A DNA stretch of 64,000 nt. Source: Planctomycetota bacterium. Lineage in GTDB: Bacteria > Planctomycetota > UBA8108 > SXIK01. The notes beneath the pieces were generated by a model. It searched no databases, had not been told where the DNA came from, and worked only from the letters and a program-made list of their open reading frames with translations. A program made the translations under genes and the position numbers. The stretch's first letter is position 1. Each line of letters starts with the position of its first letter. This document shows positions 46,983-56,161 of this stretch, piece by piece. The stretch covers positions 1,728,001 through 1,792,000 of the forward strand of contig OZ244999.1 in NCBI GenBank assembly GCA_965223265.1, in the 5' to 3' direction.

Positions 46983-47066
46983 CCCCATTGTTGCGAAAGA
47001 GAAGCACTTCAAGACCGTGCGCGATGCGATTGCGACTGCGATTACGTGGGGCGTATCTGACTCCGC
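46983..47066 (+). repeat. Dispersed intergenic repeat copy (core + hexamer arm + ATCTGACTCCG)
   Basis: CCCCATTGTTGCGAAAGAGAAGCACTTCAAGACCGTGCGCGA, followed by GATTGC/GACTGC hexamers and ATCTGACTCCG as at 33125. Confidence 0.8.
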
Positions 47067-47090
47067 CTCTTCGTCATCCCCCCAGGGGCA

Positions 47091-48281
47091 CTACTCTGTG
47101 TCGCCGCGTCCCGGGTCTCGGCGTCCCCGAAGAGACGCTGCGATCGCGTCCCGTGCGACCCGAAACGGTCGTATGGCGTAGTAGAGTGGTTCGAGGGACC
47201 TGGGTAGTTTCACGAACGCACGATCCTTCGCTCCCGGCGCAAACGCCTTTCGAGCCCAGTACTGCGTGGCGTAGATCGTTCGGTAGTAGTAGTAACGAGC
47301 TTTGTCTTTGCTGCCACCGACAAAAACGCGCCGATCAATATCGCTCCGCCACGGACGAGCGATGACGCGCTGGCGGATTTGTTCTGTCGCAATGCGATTT
47401 TTCGGGTCGGAAGCGACGCCCGCCTCAACCTTCTCTGGCAGCTCTGCGTTCAGAAGTCGACTAATGAGGGACAGCGCTAGACTCACGCTTCCACCGTTGG
47501 CCGATTCTTCAACGATACGTTCGATATCGACCTCGGGATGCGCGCGAACCAGCTCCGCAAGGTCACAGATCTTCGCCAAACGGCTGCGCCCTTCCCAATA
47601 CTCCTTGCCGATTTGCACCGAGAGGGAGTCGAGCAAATGGTCGGAGCGTAGATTTCGCACTCGACTGCCGGCGAAAGATTCCTGAACCGCGCCATCCCAC
47701 AGTGTGTCGAACGATATTGCGGCGGCGAGGAACTTAGGTGCGAGCCCTTTGTGTAGATCGACCTTAACCTCGCCGCGCAAGAACGTCTGCTCGTAGTCGT
47801 AGAATCCGACGAGTTTGAACCCTGCGTCGAGAAAGATCGCTGACGCCTTGCGAAAGTCTCGCGGATGAACCAAGAGGTCGAGGTCCCAGCATTGACGGAG
47901 TCCTATATCTCCATAGGTAAGTTGCGCCAGCAGCGGGCCTTTGAACGGGAGAGCGCGGATGCCGTGGCTCGCGAATAGATCAAGTAGCGAGATCAAGTTC
48001 TCTGCCAGAAACTGATTGCGCTCGACGTTGGAACTGTATAGCTCGCTGAGCTTAGTCAGAACCTCGCCCGGAACATCACCCGGGCACGCAGAATTGAGGC
48101 TGTTGTACAAAAGAAGGCTGACACGGTTGCGATCGGCAACTGCGAAGAAGCGTTCCCAGTCAATCCCACTCCTTGCCAGCTCGCGAACCCGCTCCGCTGT
48201 CGACGGAGCCAAATTGCAGCGTGCGGAGCTAAAGAATAGCTCGATCTCGTTCGGTTCGAGTGAGACTGTCGTCTCTGGCAT
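47091..48281 (-). CDS. Nucleotidyltransferase family protein (NTP_transf_5-like)
   Basis: IDWERF N-domain, FKGPLLAQLTYGDIGLRQCWDLDLLV, VDLH, RLAKICDL. ATG 48281 avoids overlap with wzt. Confidence 0.85.
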   Translation of the reverse strand: MPETTVSLEPNEIELFFSSARCNLAPSTAERVRELARSGIDWERFFAVADRNRVSLLLYNSLNSACPGDVPGEVLTKLSELYSSNVERNQFLAENLISLLDLFASHGIRALPFKGPLLAQLTYGDIGLRQCWDLDLLVHPRDFRKASAIFLDAGFKLVGFYDYEQTFLRGEVKVDLHKGLAPKFLAAAISFDTLWDGAVQESFAGSRVRNLRSDHLLDSLSVQIGKEYWEGRSRLAKICDLAELVRAHPEVDIERIVEESANGGSVSLALSLISRLLNAELPEKVEAGVASDPKNRIATEQIRQRVIARPWRSDIDRRVFVGGSKDKARYYYYRTIYATQYWARKAFAPGAKDRAFVKLPRSLEPLYYAIRPFRVARDAIAASLRGRRDPGRGDTE

Positions 48282-48370
48282 GATGATCTCGTCTGCTGCG
48301 CATGTGCACCAAAACCCATGGGACTGAGAAGTGACATTGTCGCCTTGGATGGATTCCGGTATGGGCCGCG

Positions 48371-50755
48371 TCAAGACGTCTGTGGCGACAACAGCGTGGA
48401 CACAAGCTCGGCAGCAGTTGTCGTGCTTTCGTATGTCTCTTGACCAAGTTCGCAGCGGTAACACGGCACCTGCTCAGTCAGCTGAAGCACCCGTGTTTCA
48501 ACATCCGAGCTGGATGATTGCCGCCCATTCGTTGTGCGTGGAACAAAAACGTCAGAGCTCTTCTTCTCCTGGTTGATAGCGAACAGGCCTGAGCGAAGGT
48601 CGTCAGCGGCCACCTCTTTCGAAACGCGCTGGAGTTTCATGCGGCCAGGGCGTCGCGTGATGCTCGGGAACACTATGGCGTGTGCCTTCGCTTGGGTTGC
48701 AGGCTCAACGTCCATGAGATCGTGAAACTGTGCGGGGCTTAGTCCGAATTTTCCGTTGTCCCAAGGTTTTGTTGCGGTGGTGCCCTGGGCGCGCAGCTCG
48801 TCGCGATGCATCCGGAAGTTGTAGCCGCCAGAGACAAGCGGCTCTCGGAGACCAGGGATCAGATCTACCGTTGGCTCGCGTATCGTGACGATCGTCGGCA
48901 TACCCCGAAGCATCGGGGGAGCGGAATCCAGGTCGACGAAGACTCTGTCGTTTGCGATGCAGGACACCCCTGGATGTCGCATCGCGTGGATCAAAAGTGT
49001 CGTCTTGGCGGAGCGTTTAGGGCCGGCAAGCACGACACCTCGGTCTCCGACCGCGAAAGCAGATCCATGGACAAACAGGCCTCCAGCGTCCTGTCCATGG
49101 TTCATTGCGAGTTCTCGAACGACTCGCATGAGCGGTGAACGTGTTTTGCGGTCGAATGATGTGGCGACGATCTCGATATCGCTGGAGTCCCTAAGCAGAT
49201 AAAACACGTTGAAGGACTCATCGAACAGCGCAAGTTCGACCGACGAGTCGTTCCACCGCGGTAGTTGGATCATTTGGCTATCGAGAGAAAATGCGTTCTC
49301 GGTGCCGCCAGCCGGGCCTTGCTTCGCCAGTTGCTCGTGGTGCTTCGGGTCAACGGAGAGCTTCACATGAGCATGGCAGCTCTTCTCCGCAACGAGCTGA
49401 AAGTGAGGGCACAGAAACTCCTCGAGCCAGACAAGATGAGACTCGTACGCGCTTGATACCTGAATTCGCAGATCCCCGTAGGCGAAATGCCTATCGGCTG
49501 CAACAGCCCCATCGGCAGCGAGCGTCGATTCGTCTACATCTCGAGTGTTCCAACTATGTTCTATCAGGCAGTCCCCGATCCCAGCCGGTGGCAAGCGCCC
49601 CGTCAAGTAGAAGTCTCCTCGTTCGACTTGGAACCTTGCCGCATTCGCCATCTCGCAAACTACTCGAGACCCGATCCGGCATTCTATGTTGAGCCTGTAG
49701 AAACCAGGCATTAGCGGAAGTTTTTCGAACTCGCACAAGAACTCACCTCGAGACCCGGAAGCATCTATGGACTCTTCGACAGCGCTGCTGTCGCAGATGG
49801 CAACCGGTTGGTGGTTTTGGTTCAGGATCGTCAGGCTTACGTGGGCGCCTTCGACTCGCGGTCTGTCAGTGGCGTGAAAACCCAGGGCAATCACACCGCG
49901 CTCGCCTGTCGTGAGCGCGGAGACTTCCTCGTGCTTCTGGTTTAGAAGGCGGGTGTGAGTCAGTCGAAACCCGTTCGCGTCGGCATCCGACTGAGCTTCA
50001 AACGAGGTTAAGCTTGACTGCTTGCGGTTCGAAAACGTCGTTTCGAGGTACGTCTGCACGACTTCGCCAGCTTTCCCTTCAGCCTTGACTTGGCCGCGAT
50101 CCATCCAGAGTGCACGTTTGCAGTGCGTCGTGATGACTGACATGTTGTGTCCGACGAAAATGACCGTGCGGCCCTGGTGGGTGATCTCATCCATCTTGCG
50201 AATGCACTTGTCGCGAAACGCAGCATCGCCGACCGCAAGAACTTCGTCGACCAAAAGTATTTCTTGATCGAGGTGCGCTGCTACGGCGAAACCGAGTCTG
50301 ATCTTCATGCCGCTCGAGTAGCGCTTGATCGGTGTGTCCAAGAACTCCTCGACGTCGGAGTAATCGACGATCTCGTCGAACTTTTCTTTGATTTCGGATC
50401 GCGGCATGCCGAGCAAGGCGCCATTGAGGAAAATGTTCTCGCGGCCGGTCAGTTCAGGGTGAAATCCAGTTCCGGCTTGCAGCAGCGAGCCGACGCGCCC
50501 GAACATTTCGGCACGTCCACTGTTGGGTCGCGTGATCCTGCCGAGAACTTTTAACAGCGTGCTCTTTCCCGCGCCGTTCGATCCGACGATGCCGAACATC
50601 TCGCCGTGTTCAACTTCGAAGGAGACGTCCTTGAGCGCCCAAAAGTAGTCTCTGCCTTTCCCAAGCCGCAGGGCGGCGATCAAGCTGCCGTGCTGATCCA
50701 CCCCCTTACGGTAGCGCTTGCTGATCTTGCGGACGCTGACGGCTATACGACTCAT
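48371..50755 (-). CDS. wzt: Polysaccharide ABC exporter ATPase (Wzt) with Wzt C-terminal domain fused to an HPr-kinase-like P-loop domain
   Basis: FWALKDVSF, GSNGAGKST, GFHPELTGRENI, YSSGM, DEVLAVGD. Wzt_C-like LPLMPGFY. From about aa 420: VHGSAF...GPKRSAKTT...ANDRVFV. Confidence 0.88.
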   Translation of the reverse strand: MSRIAVSVRKISKRYRKGVDQHGSLIAALRLGKGRDYFWALKDVSFEVEHGEMFGIVGSNGAGKSTLLKVLGRITRPNSGRAEMFGRVGSLLQAGTGFHPELTGRENIFLNGALLGMPRSEIKEKFDEIVDYSDVEEFLDTPIKRYSSGMKIRLGFAVAAHLDQEILLVDEVLAVGDAAFRDKCIRKMDEITHQGRTVIFVGHNMSVITTHCKRALWMDRGQVKAEGKAGEVVQTYLETTFSNRKQSSLTSFEAQSDADANGFRLTHTRLLNQKHEEVSALTTGERGVIALGFHATDRPRVEGAHVSLTILNQNHQPVAICDSSAVEESIDASGSRGEFLCEFEKLPLMPGFYRLNIECRIGSRVVCEMANAARFQVERGDFYLTGRLPPAGIGDCLIEHSWNTRDVDESTLAADGAVAADRHFAYGDLRIQVSSAYESHLVWLEEFLCPHFQLVAEKSCHAHVKLSVDPKHHEQLAKQGPAGGTENAFSLDSQMIQLPRWNDSSVELALFDESFNVFYLLRDSSDIEIVATSFDRKTRSPLMRVVRELAMNHGQDAGGLFVHGSAFAVGDRGVVLAGPKRSAKTTLLIHAMRHPGVSCIANDRVFVDLDSAPPMLRGMPTIVTIREPTVDLIPGLREPLVSGGYNFRMHRDELRAQGTTATKPWDNGKFGLSPAQFHDLMDVEPATQAKAHAIVFPSITRRPGRMKLQRVSKEVAADDLRSGLFAINQEKKSSDVFVPRTTNGRQSSSSDVETRVLQLTEQVPCYRCELGQETYESTTTAAELVSTLLSPQTS

Positions 50756-50758
50756 GGA

Positions 50759-51643
50759 CTACACCAGATCAGCAATGGAATGTTCGGTGCGGCGAAAAAC
50801 CATTGCGCTGACGGCGACGAGAATACCAATCACGAGCGCCGTGACCCCGAGCCTTAGGTCGGGCGCTCTGCCGCTACCGACGAGCGCCCATCGAAATCCT
50901 TCGATGACGCCGTTCATGGGGTTGAGTTCATAAAGCCAGAGCAGTTGCTTGGGTATCTTGTCCTGGAGGAGACTTGCAGAATAGACAACTGGAGTACCGT
51001 AAAACCAAAGCTTGATGAAGTAGCCTCGAAAGTAGCTCACATCGCGGAAGCGCGCGTAGAGAGCTGCTAGCAGAAGACCAACCACAGTCGAAAGCGCCAT
51101 CGTCATGGCCAACAGGAACGGGAGCGCGAGTATTCGTGATGTGAGTGGAAAATCGTACCAAAGGACAAGCGCGATCAAAATGCCGAACGATAGCGTGAAA
51201 TCGATGAGAGCCGTGCCGATTTCAGCCAGCGGGAGAAGAAGACGGGGGAAGTAGATCCTCGTAATCATCCCTTGATAGCGAACAAAACACTCAGTACTGC
51301 GTGTCACCCCGTCATCGAAGAGCTGCCAGGGAAGTAGAGCCGAGTAGACGAAGATGGGATAAGGGACGCCACCGTCGGTTGGGAGCCCAGCCACACCGCC
51401 CAAAATGACACTGAAGAGGACCATTCGTAGAAACGGGACCAAGACAAACCAGAACGGCCCGAGAGCTGTCTGTCGATAGCGCATTTTGACGTTACGCCAC
51501 AGGAGCACCCATAGCACGTGCCGGGAGTGAAACAGTTCCCGCAAGTCGAGTGCTTGCCAAAAAGTCGCCGGTTCAATGACGATCGTCGGATGCGCGTCTT
51601 GCCTAGGTGCGGTCGAAGAGCTCGTCGTATCTGCGCGTGTCAT
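50759..51643 (-). CDS. wzm: Polysaccharide ABC-2 exporter permease (Wzm)
   Basis: RYRQTALGPFW, IYFPR, RFRDV, YGTPVVY, LNPMNGVIEGFRW. Multiple TM helices. Lies 3 bp upstream of wzt. Confidence 0.92.
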   Translation of the reverse strand: MTRADTTSSSTAPRQDAHPTIVIEPATFWQALDLRELFHSRHVLWVLLWRNVKMRYRQTALGPFWFVLVPFLRMVLFSVILGGVAGLPTDGGVPYPIFVYSALLPWQLFDDGVTRSTECFVRYQGMITRIYFPRLLLPLAEIGTALIDFTLSFGILIALVLWYDFPLTSRILALPFLLAMTMALSTVVGLLLAALYARFRDVSYFRGYFIKLWFYGTPVVYSASLLQDKIPKQLLWLYELNPMNGVIEGFRWALVGSGRAPDLRLGVTALVIGILVAVSAMVFRRTEHSIADLV

Positions 51644-51739
51644 GTAACGATAGCCACCGCATTCCTAGTGGGTTTGACCGTTGACGGTCGTAGGTCTTTT
51701 TCTGAGCAGTCGAGCGGCCGCGATGAGCCTGACAACACT

Positions 51740-52435
51740 TCACGTCGTGGAGGGGTGTGTGATCGCAAAGCGGAGATCTTGATTGTCAACAGGTGTCTTC
51801 CAAGTGCTGCGGACCTCTGGAAACTCGAGCAAGCGAATTTCCAGTCGAGTGGCGATCCAGCCGAGCGACCAATCGAAGCTTGCGAGTCCGACTCGCTGCG
51901 CGCGCTGAGCGAGGATCTCCCAGTATTGTGACTCCGTCCGTCGCGCAGAGGGGGTCGCGAAGTCTGCAAGGTTGAGAAGTCCGGAGTCGAAGATCTCGTT
52001 GGCAACATCGATGGTGAACCCCATGCATCCGCCCTGGATGGATGTGCAACCGGCGGAGTTCTGAAGCGTTCCGAAGTGTGAGTTGCGTCTAGGTAGAAAC
52101 TTGAAGCGTCTATGCACCGCCGAGTCTGGGTCGAGTTTGAAGAGAAAATCCGTTGGTTCAAGTCGAAAGAGTTCGAACATTCTCGCAACCGCACGAGCAC
52201 CGTTCTCCACAGTGAAGACTCGATCCTCGGGGAAATACTCGACGTTGTACCGCGAGACGAAGGAGGCGTGTCGTGGATCGTCGTCGCCATCTGAGCGCAC
52301 GATGACTCTCGAGTCGGGAAAGCTGCTGCGTAGGCGGCGGAGACAAAGGTCGGCCGCCTCGTGGTCGCGGTAGAGCTGCAGATAGAACGTGATGTCGGAA
52401 TCACAGTAAGACGTGTTGTCGCAGTTTTCGTTCAT
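51740..52435 (-). CDS. Putative GT-A fold glycosyltransferase
   Basis: FYLQLYRD...LRRLR...VIVRSDG, DxD-type FKLDPD, IQGGCMG. Start placed at ATG 52435 (ORF extends to 52534). Confidence 0.6.
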   Translation of the reverse strand: MNENCDNTSYCDSDITFYLQLYRDHEAADLCLRRLRSSFPDSRVIVRSDGDDDPRHASFVSRYNVEYFPEDRVFTVENGARAVARMFELFRLEPTDFLFKLDPDSAVHRRFKFLPRRNSHFGTLQNSAGCTSIQGGCMGFTIDVANEIFDSGLLNLADFATPSARRTESQYWEILAQRAQRVGLASFDWSLGWIATRLEIRLLEFPEVRSTWKTPVDNQDLRFAITHPSTT

Positions 52436-52611
52436 GACCAGCAGAGCGCTGAGCAGCCGATTGACCTCACCTGGTGTTTTGACCCAGCGCGGCACACAGG
52501 CGTCCAATTCTCGGAGATTCCCTCTCGGCGTCAATAGCGCTTTCGGCCAGCTGCGGCTGTGCTCGGTACCCCAATTTTACCGAAGATCTACGCTGAATGT
52601 CTCTCCGTCTA

Positions 52612-52785
52612 ACAGCCTGCCTGAAAAAGTCATTCGGCTGAGGAACCGGCCTCTTCACGCCCGGATCAGCCGCGGCGAGCCTCGCCGTGTATGTCTTGTA
52701 GAAGAGGGCTCGGAGCGTTTGCCGCGGCCGATCTGGACGCGAAGCGACCAGTTTTCAGCTCGAAGCATTTTTTCAGGTGGGCTGC
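52612..52785. mobile_element. 174-bp palindromic MITE-like element flanked by TA
   Basis: Terminal inverted repeats ACAGCCTGCCTGAAAAA / TTTTTCAGGTGGGCTGC, with TA at 52610-11 and 52786-87. Inner arms 52661-52678 and 52719-52736 also pair. Confidence 0.65.
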
Positions 52786-52965
52786 TAAGTGTCATTCACC
52801 GAGCTGTGGAGGCGCCTTGCGACGCTCTACCCTCCAAAGAGTGTCGCCACGGCGACGAAGTTCGGGCGGGTGACTTTTCGGGGTGGACTGCGTATCGTTG
52901 AGAGCGAGTTGGGCTGATGCTGCGGAGAAACGCCGACGCGGTAGCGATTCATAGAGGGAGAATTC

Positions 52966-54888
52966 ATGTGCGGAGTCGTAGGGTACCTCCTGACGTCAGA
53001 CAGGGTCGGCAACGTTGAGCCGCTCGTCGCCGCTCTGCGCGCGATGAAACATCGCGGTCCTGACGACGAGGGACTCACGCTGATCGACCCCCTCTCTGGG
53101 AGGGCGACAGACTTTATCGGTGATTCTTCGGCGTCTGGCGTCGCTGTCTCACAGCATGTCGGTGAGGCACGTGAGACGCGACATCGCCTGGCTTTGGGGC
53201 ATCGGCGGTTCTCCCTCGTCGACCTGGGACCGCTCGCCCACCAGCCATTCTGGACAGAGGATCGCTCCGTTTGTGTCGCGTTCAACGGTGAGATCTACAA
53301 CTACGTCGAGTTGCGCTCGGAGCTCGAAGGAGAAGGGTTTAGGTTTCGTACGACATCGGACACTGAAGTCCTTGCTGTCGCCTACCAAGCTTGGGGCGTC
53401 GATTGCTTCTCACGCTTCAACGGGTTTTGGGCTTTGACGCTCTATGACGCGAAGCGTCGAAGTTTGCTACTTGCTCGAGATCGTCTTGGTAAGGCTCCGC
53501 TCTATTTCACGTCTATAGGCGGTAATCTCTACTGGGCATCTGAGATCAAGGGGCTTGTTGCGCTCGTCGGTGGGTCGATGTTCACCGTCAGCGAGCAAGC
53601 TGTGATCGATTTCGTGACGTGGCGCCGCCGTGATCTATTTCACAAAACGTTCTACAACGAGATCGATTCGTTTCCTCGCGCCGCTTACGCGTGGGTGAAG
53701 CCCGACGGGAGTTTCGAAGCCGTGGAGTTTTGGCGCCTTCCCGAGCAGCGCCTGTCACCGCGCGCGATCTCGACGTTTGAGGCCAGTGAGCGGCTGCGCG
53801 AGCTCGTCACCGACGCGACCCGACTTCGTCTGCGCGCGGATGTTCCTGTCTCGGTGCAGGTCAGCGGTGGCATGGACTCGTCGAGCTTGCTGGCGATCGC
53901 TGCGGGAATCGCGCCAGGTGTCGCTGCCTACACGGTGACGTTTCCAGGAGCGGAGGTTGACGAGGAGCCATTCGCGCGAGCCGTGGCCGAGCGCTGCGGT
54001 GAGTCGGTTGAGTACCACGTCCTGGATCCACCGGCAGATGACCTCCTGCGCCGTGCCGACGAGTACGTCCATCTGATGGGAGAGCCGTTTCACTCGCCCA
54101 ACCAATTCACGAACCATCAGATTTGGTCGACGATGACGGCGCATGGGATCAGGGCGGTACTTTACGGCGCCGGCGGCGACGAGCTGTTTGCGGGGTATCG
54201 TGGGAGATACTTTCAACCCTACCTAAGCCATCTGCTGAAGTCCGGGCATCCTTTGCGTTGTCTGCGTGAGTTCTTCGCGTGCAGCGAGCTCCAACCGGGT
54301 GAGTTCGGATTCGACTATCTGCGGCGAGCTCGCCAACTGCTACGTCGACACCGTCTCTATCCCGTGCCAACCGAATTGGACCCGTTTCGAGCTCCGACAG
54401 AGGCGACGGCGCGCGCCGGACCGTCAAACGATATTCGCCAGTTGATGACTGACTTGATGACCGACTGGCAGATGAATTACTGGCTGCGCATTGACAATCA
54501 AAACAGCATGGGGGTGCCGCTCGAGTTGCGCCTTCCTTTGCTGGATTTTCGGGTCGTCGAGTTCGCGTTCGAGTTGCCGCTTGATTACCTCATGCGAGAC
54601 GGTTGGATGAAGTGGGTTCTACGGAACGCGATGGAAGACCTCCTTCCTCCCTCGGTCACGTGGCGTCGGAAAAAAGCAGGGTTTCCGTTTCCTCTGCGCA
54701 GCTGGCTTGAGCGCTATGAGGAGCGCCTTGCTGAATTGCTTGAGGGGCTTGATTGCCCATACATCGACATGAACGCGTGGCATCTTGGTTTTTCTGATTT
54801 GGCGCAGAGGAGCCCAGATCACCTTTGGTGTGTCACATCGCTTGGGCTTTGGTGGAAGCGATGTGTGCAGGGCGAGCAGCTCTGCTGA
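52966..54888 (+). CDS. asnB: Asparagine synthase (glutamine-hydrolysing)-family amidotransferase
   Basis: MCG N-terminal nucleophile, HRGPD, FNGEIYNY, SDTEV, ARDRLGKAPL, SGGMDSS, GAGGDELFAGY, ELRLPLLD. Confidence 0.92.
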   Translation: MCGVVGYLLTSDRVGNVEPLVAALRAMKHRGPDDEGLTLIDPLSGRATDFIGDSSASGVAVSQHVGEARETRHRLALGHRRFSLVDLGPLAHQPFWTEDRSVCVAFNGEIYNYVELRSELEGEGFRFRTTSDTEVLAVAYQAWGVDCFSRFNGFWALTLYDAKRRSLLLARDRLGKAPLYFTSIGGNLYWASEIKGLVALVGGSMFTVSEQAVIDFVTWRRRDLFHKTFYNEIDSFPRAAYAWVKPDGSFEAVEFWRLPEQRLSPRAISTFEASERLRELVTDATRLRLRADVPVSVQVSGGMDSSSLLAIAAGIAPGVAAYTVTFPGAEVDEEPFARAVAERCGESVEYHVLDPPADDLLRRADEYVHLMGEPFHSPNQFTNHQIWSTMTAHGIRAVLYGAGGDELFAGYRGRYFQPYLSHLLKSGHPLRCLREFFACSELQPGEFGFDYLRRARQLLRRHRLYPVPTELDPFRAPTEATARAGPSNDIRQLMTDLMTDWQMNYWLRIDNQNSMGVPLELRLPLLDFRVVEFAFELPLDYLMRDGWMKWVLRNAMEDLLPPSVTWRRKKAGFPFPLRSWLERYEERLAELLEGLDCPYIDMNAWHLGFSDLAQRSPDHLWCVTSLGLWWKRCVQGEQLC

Positions 54889-54934
54889 GCTTGATGAGAG
54901 CGCGTGCGAACGGTAGCGTTGAGATCGACCGGTC

Positions 54935-56161
54935 GTGAGTTCCCCTGGTCTGCTCCGAGAGAGTTCCAGCATGAGTTCCCCGAACATCCAGCGCTCTTCA
55001 CTTGAAACTCGACGTCGTCATGACGAAACGTTCGTCACCTTTGAGTACGAGGGGTTGCGCGTGCGCATGACGAGCCCAGTCGAGGCTCCTCTGGACTGGC
55101 TAAGGGAGTTTCTATCTCCTTTTTTTGACATCACCACTTCGAAGACAAATTCAGAGGTGACCTGGGACTACGAGGTGCGATTGGTGATCAGCCGCCAGCG
55201 CCATGAACAGTATGGGCGGCTCGGGGATCCGTGCGGCGAGGTCGACTGTTTTGCGGTCGACGCCCACGTGATTCGATTGCCGTGGTGGAGTCTGAGTCAC
55301 GCGCAGAGCGTTGTTTTCGACACGGCGGCACGTGTGTTTTACGTCCTTCACCCTGAAGAGTCGTTGATCGAGGTGGTGGCGGATGGCGACAGCATGCGCG
55401 TGCGCACACGAACAATGCGCGTGGTGCGTGAAGTTGCCATGCACCACGGAGTTTGTCGGGGTGGATTCTTCATCCACGCTTCGGCATTCGATGTTCATGG
55501 CCGAAGTGTGATGATCTCGGCTCCGACCAACGGCGGCAAGACGACTTTGTTGACGCATGCCCTCAGCCATCCCGAGACGCGATTTCTTTCGAACGATCGA
55601 GTCTTCGTCCGATTCGATGGTGATAGCGTCATCTTTCGGGGGATGCCTGCGGTCGTCTCCATGCGCGAAGGGATGCTAAATTTTTTCCCTGATCTACGTG
55701 ACAAAGTGAGGCAGAGTCGCTTCTTTTACTGCACTCGCGATGACGAATTGTTCGAGTGGATTCCAGACCGCCTGCGTCCCGACGATCGCGGGCGTTATCT
55801 GGTCGCGCCGCATCAGTTCTGTGCGCTGCTGGGGACTGCCGCCGTGGCTCAGGCGCGAGCTGCAGCCATCGTCTTCCCCCGAATCGTTGAAGGGTCCGAT
55901 GTTTTTCGTTTAACTCGAATCGATCCGGACGTGGCTTCGACCCTCCTGAGCGCGGCGTTGTTTCATACCAACGAGTGGCGTAAGAACAACGAGATTTTTT
56001 CGAGAGTCCGTCCGGACTGCGAACAACCGGCTATGGATGTGAGAGCCCTTGGTCGTCGCCTCGTGGCTCGAGTTCCATGCTATAGCTGCGATCTGAGTCG
56101 TGACGCCTACCGTCTCGACGGCGGCGCGAGCGATTTTGTGCGAGCGGTATTGGAGACGTGA
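54935..56161 (+). CDS. HPr-kinase-like P-loop kinase
   Basis: FIHASAF...SAPTNGGKTT...FLSNDRVFV. Colinear with the C-terminal domain of Wzt. The start may be ATG 54971. Confidence 0.75.
   Translation: MSSPGLLRESSSMSSPNIQRSSLETRRRHDETFVTFEYEGLRVRMTSPVEAPLDWLREFLSPFFDITTSKTNSEVTWDYEVRLVISRQRHEQYGRLGDPCGEVDCFAVDAHVIRLPWWSLSHAQSVVFDTAARVFYVLHPEESLIEVVADGDSMRVRTRTMRVVREVAMHHGVCRGGFFIHASAFDVHGRSVMISAPTNGGKTTLLTHALSHPETRFLSNDRVFVRFDGDSVIFRGMPAVVSMREGMLNFFPDLRDKVRQSRFFYCTRDDELFEWIPDRLRPDDRGRYLVAPHQFCALLGTAAVAQARAAAIVFPRIVEGSDVFRLTRIDPDVASTLLSAALFHTNEWRKNNEIFSRVRPDCEQPAMDVRALGRRLVARVPCYSCDLSRDAYRLDGGASDFVRAVLET

Noticed and set aside
52607-52790. Integron attC site (starts GTCTAAC = RYYYAAC)
   Set aside because: The right end is GCTAAGT rather than GTTRRRY, the length (~184 bp) exceeds typical attC sites, it is not downstream of a cassette ORF, and there is no integrase.
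52966-54888. Lasso peptide cyclase / lasso biosynthetic gene cluster
   Set aside because: The Cys1 glutaminase domain is intact. I found no precursor, PqqD/RRE or transglutaminase-like B protein in the window, and the exporter is polysaccharide-type.
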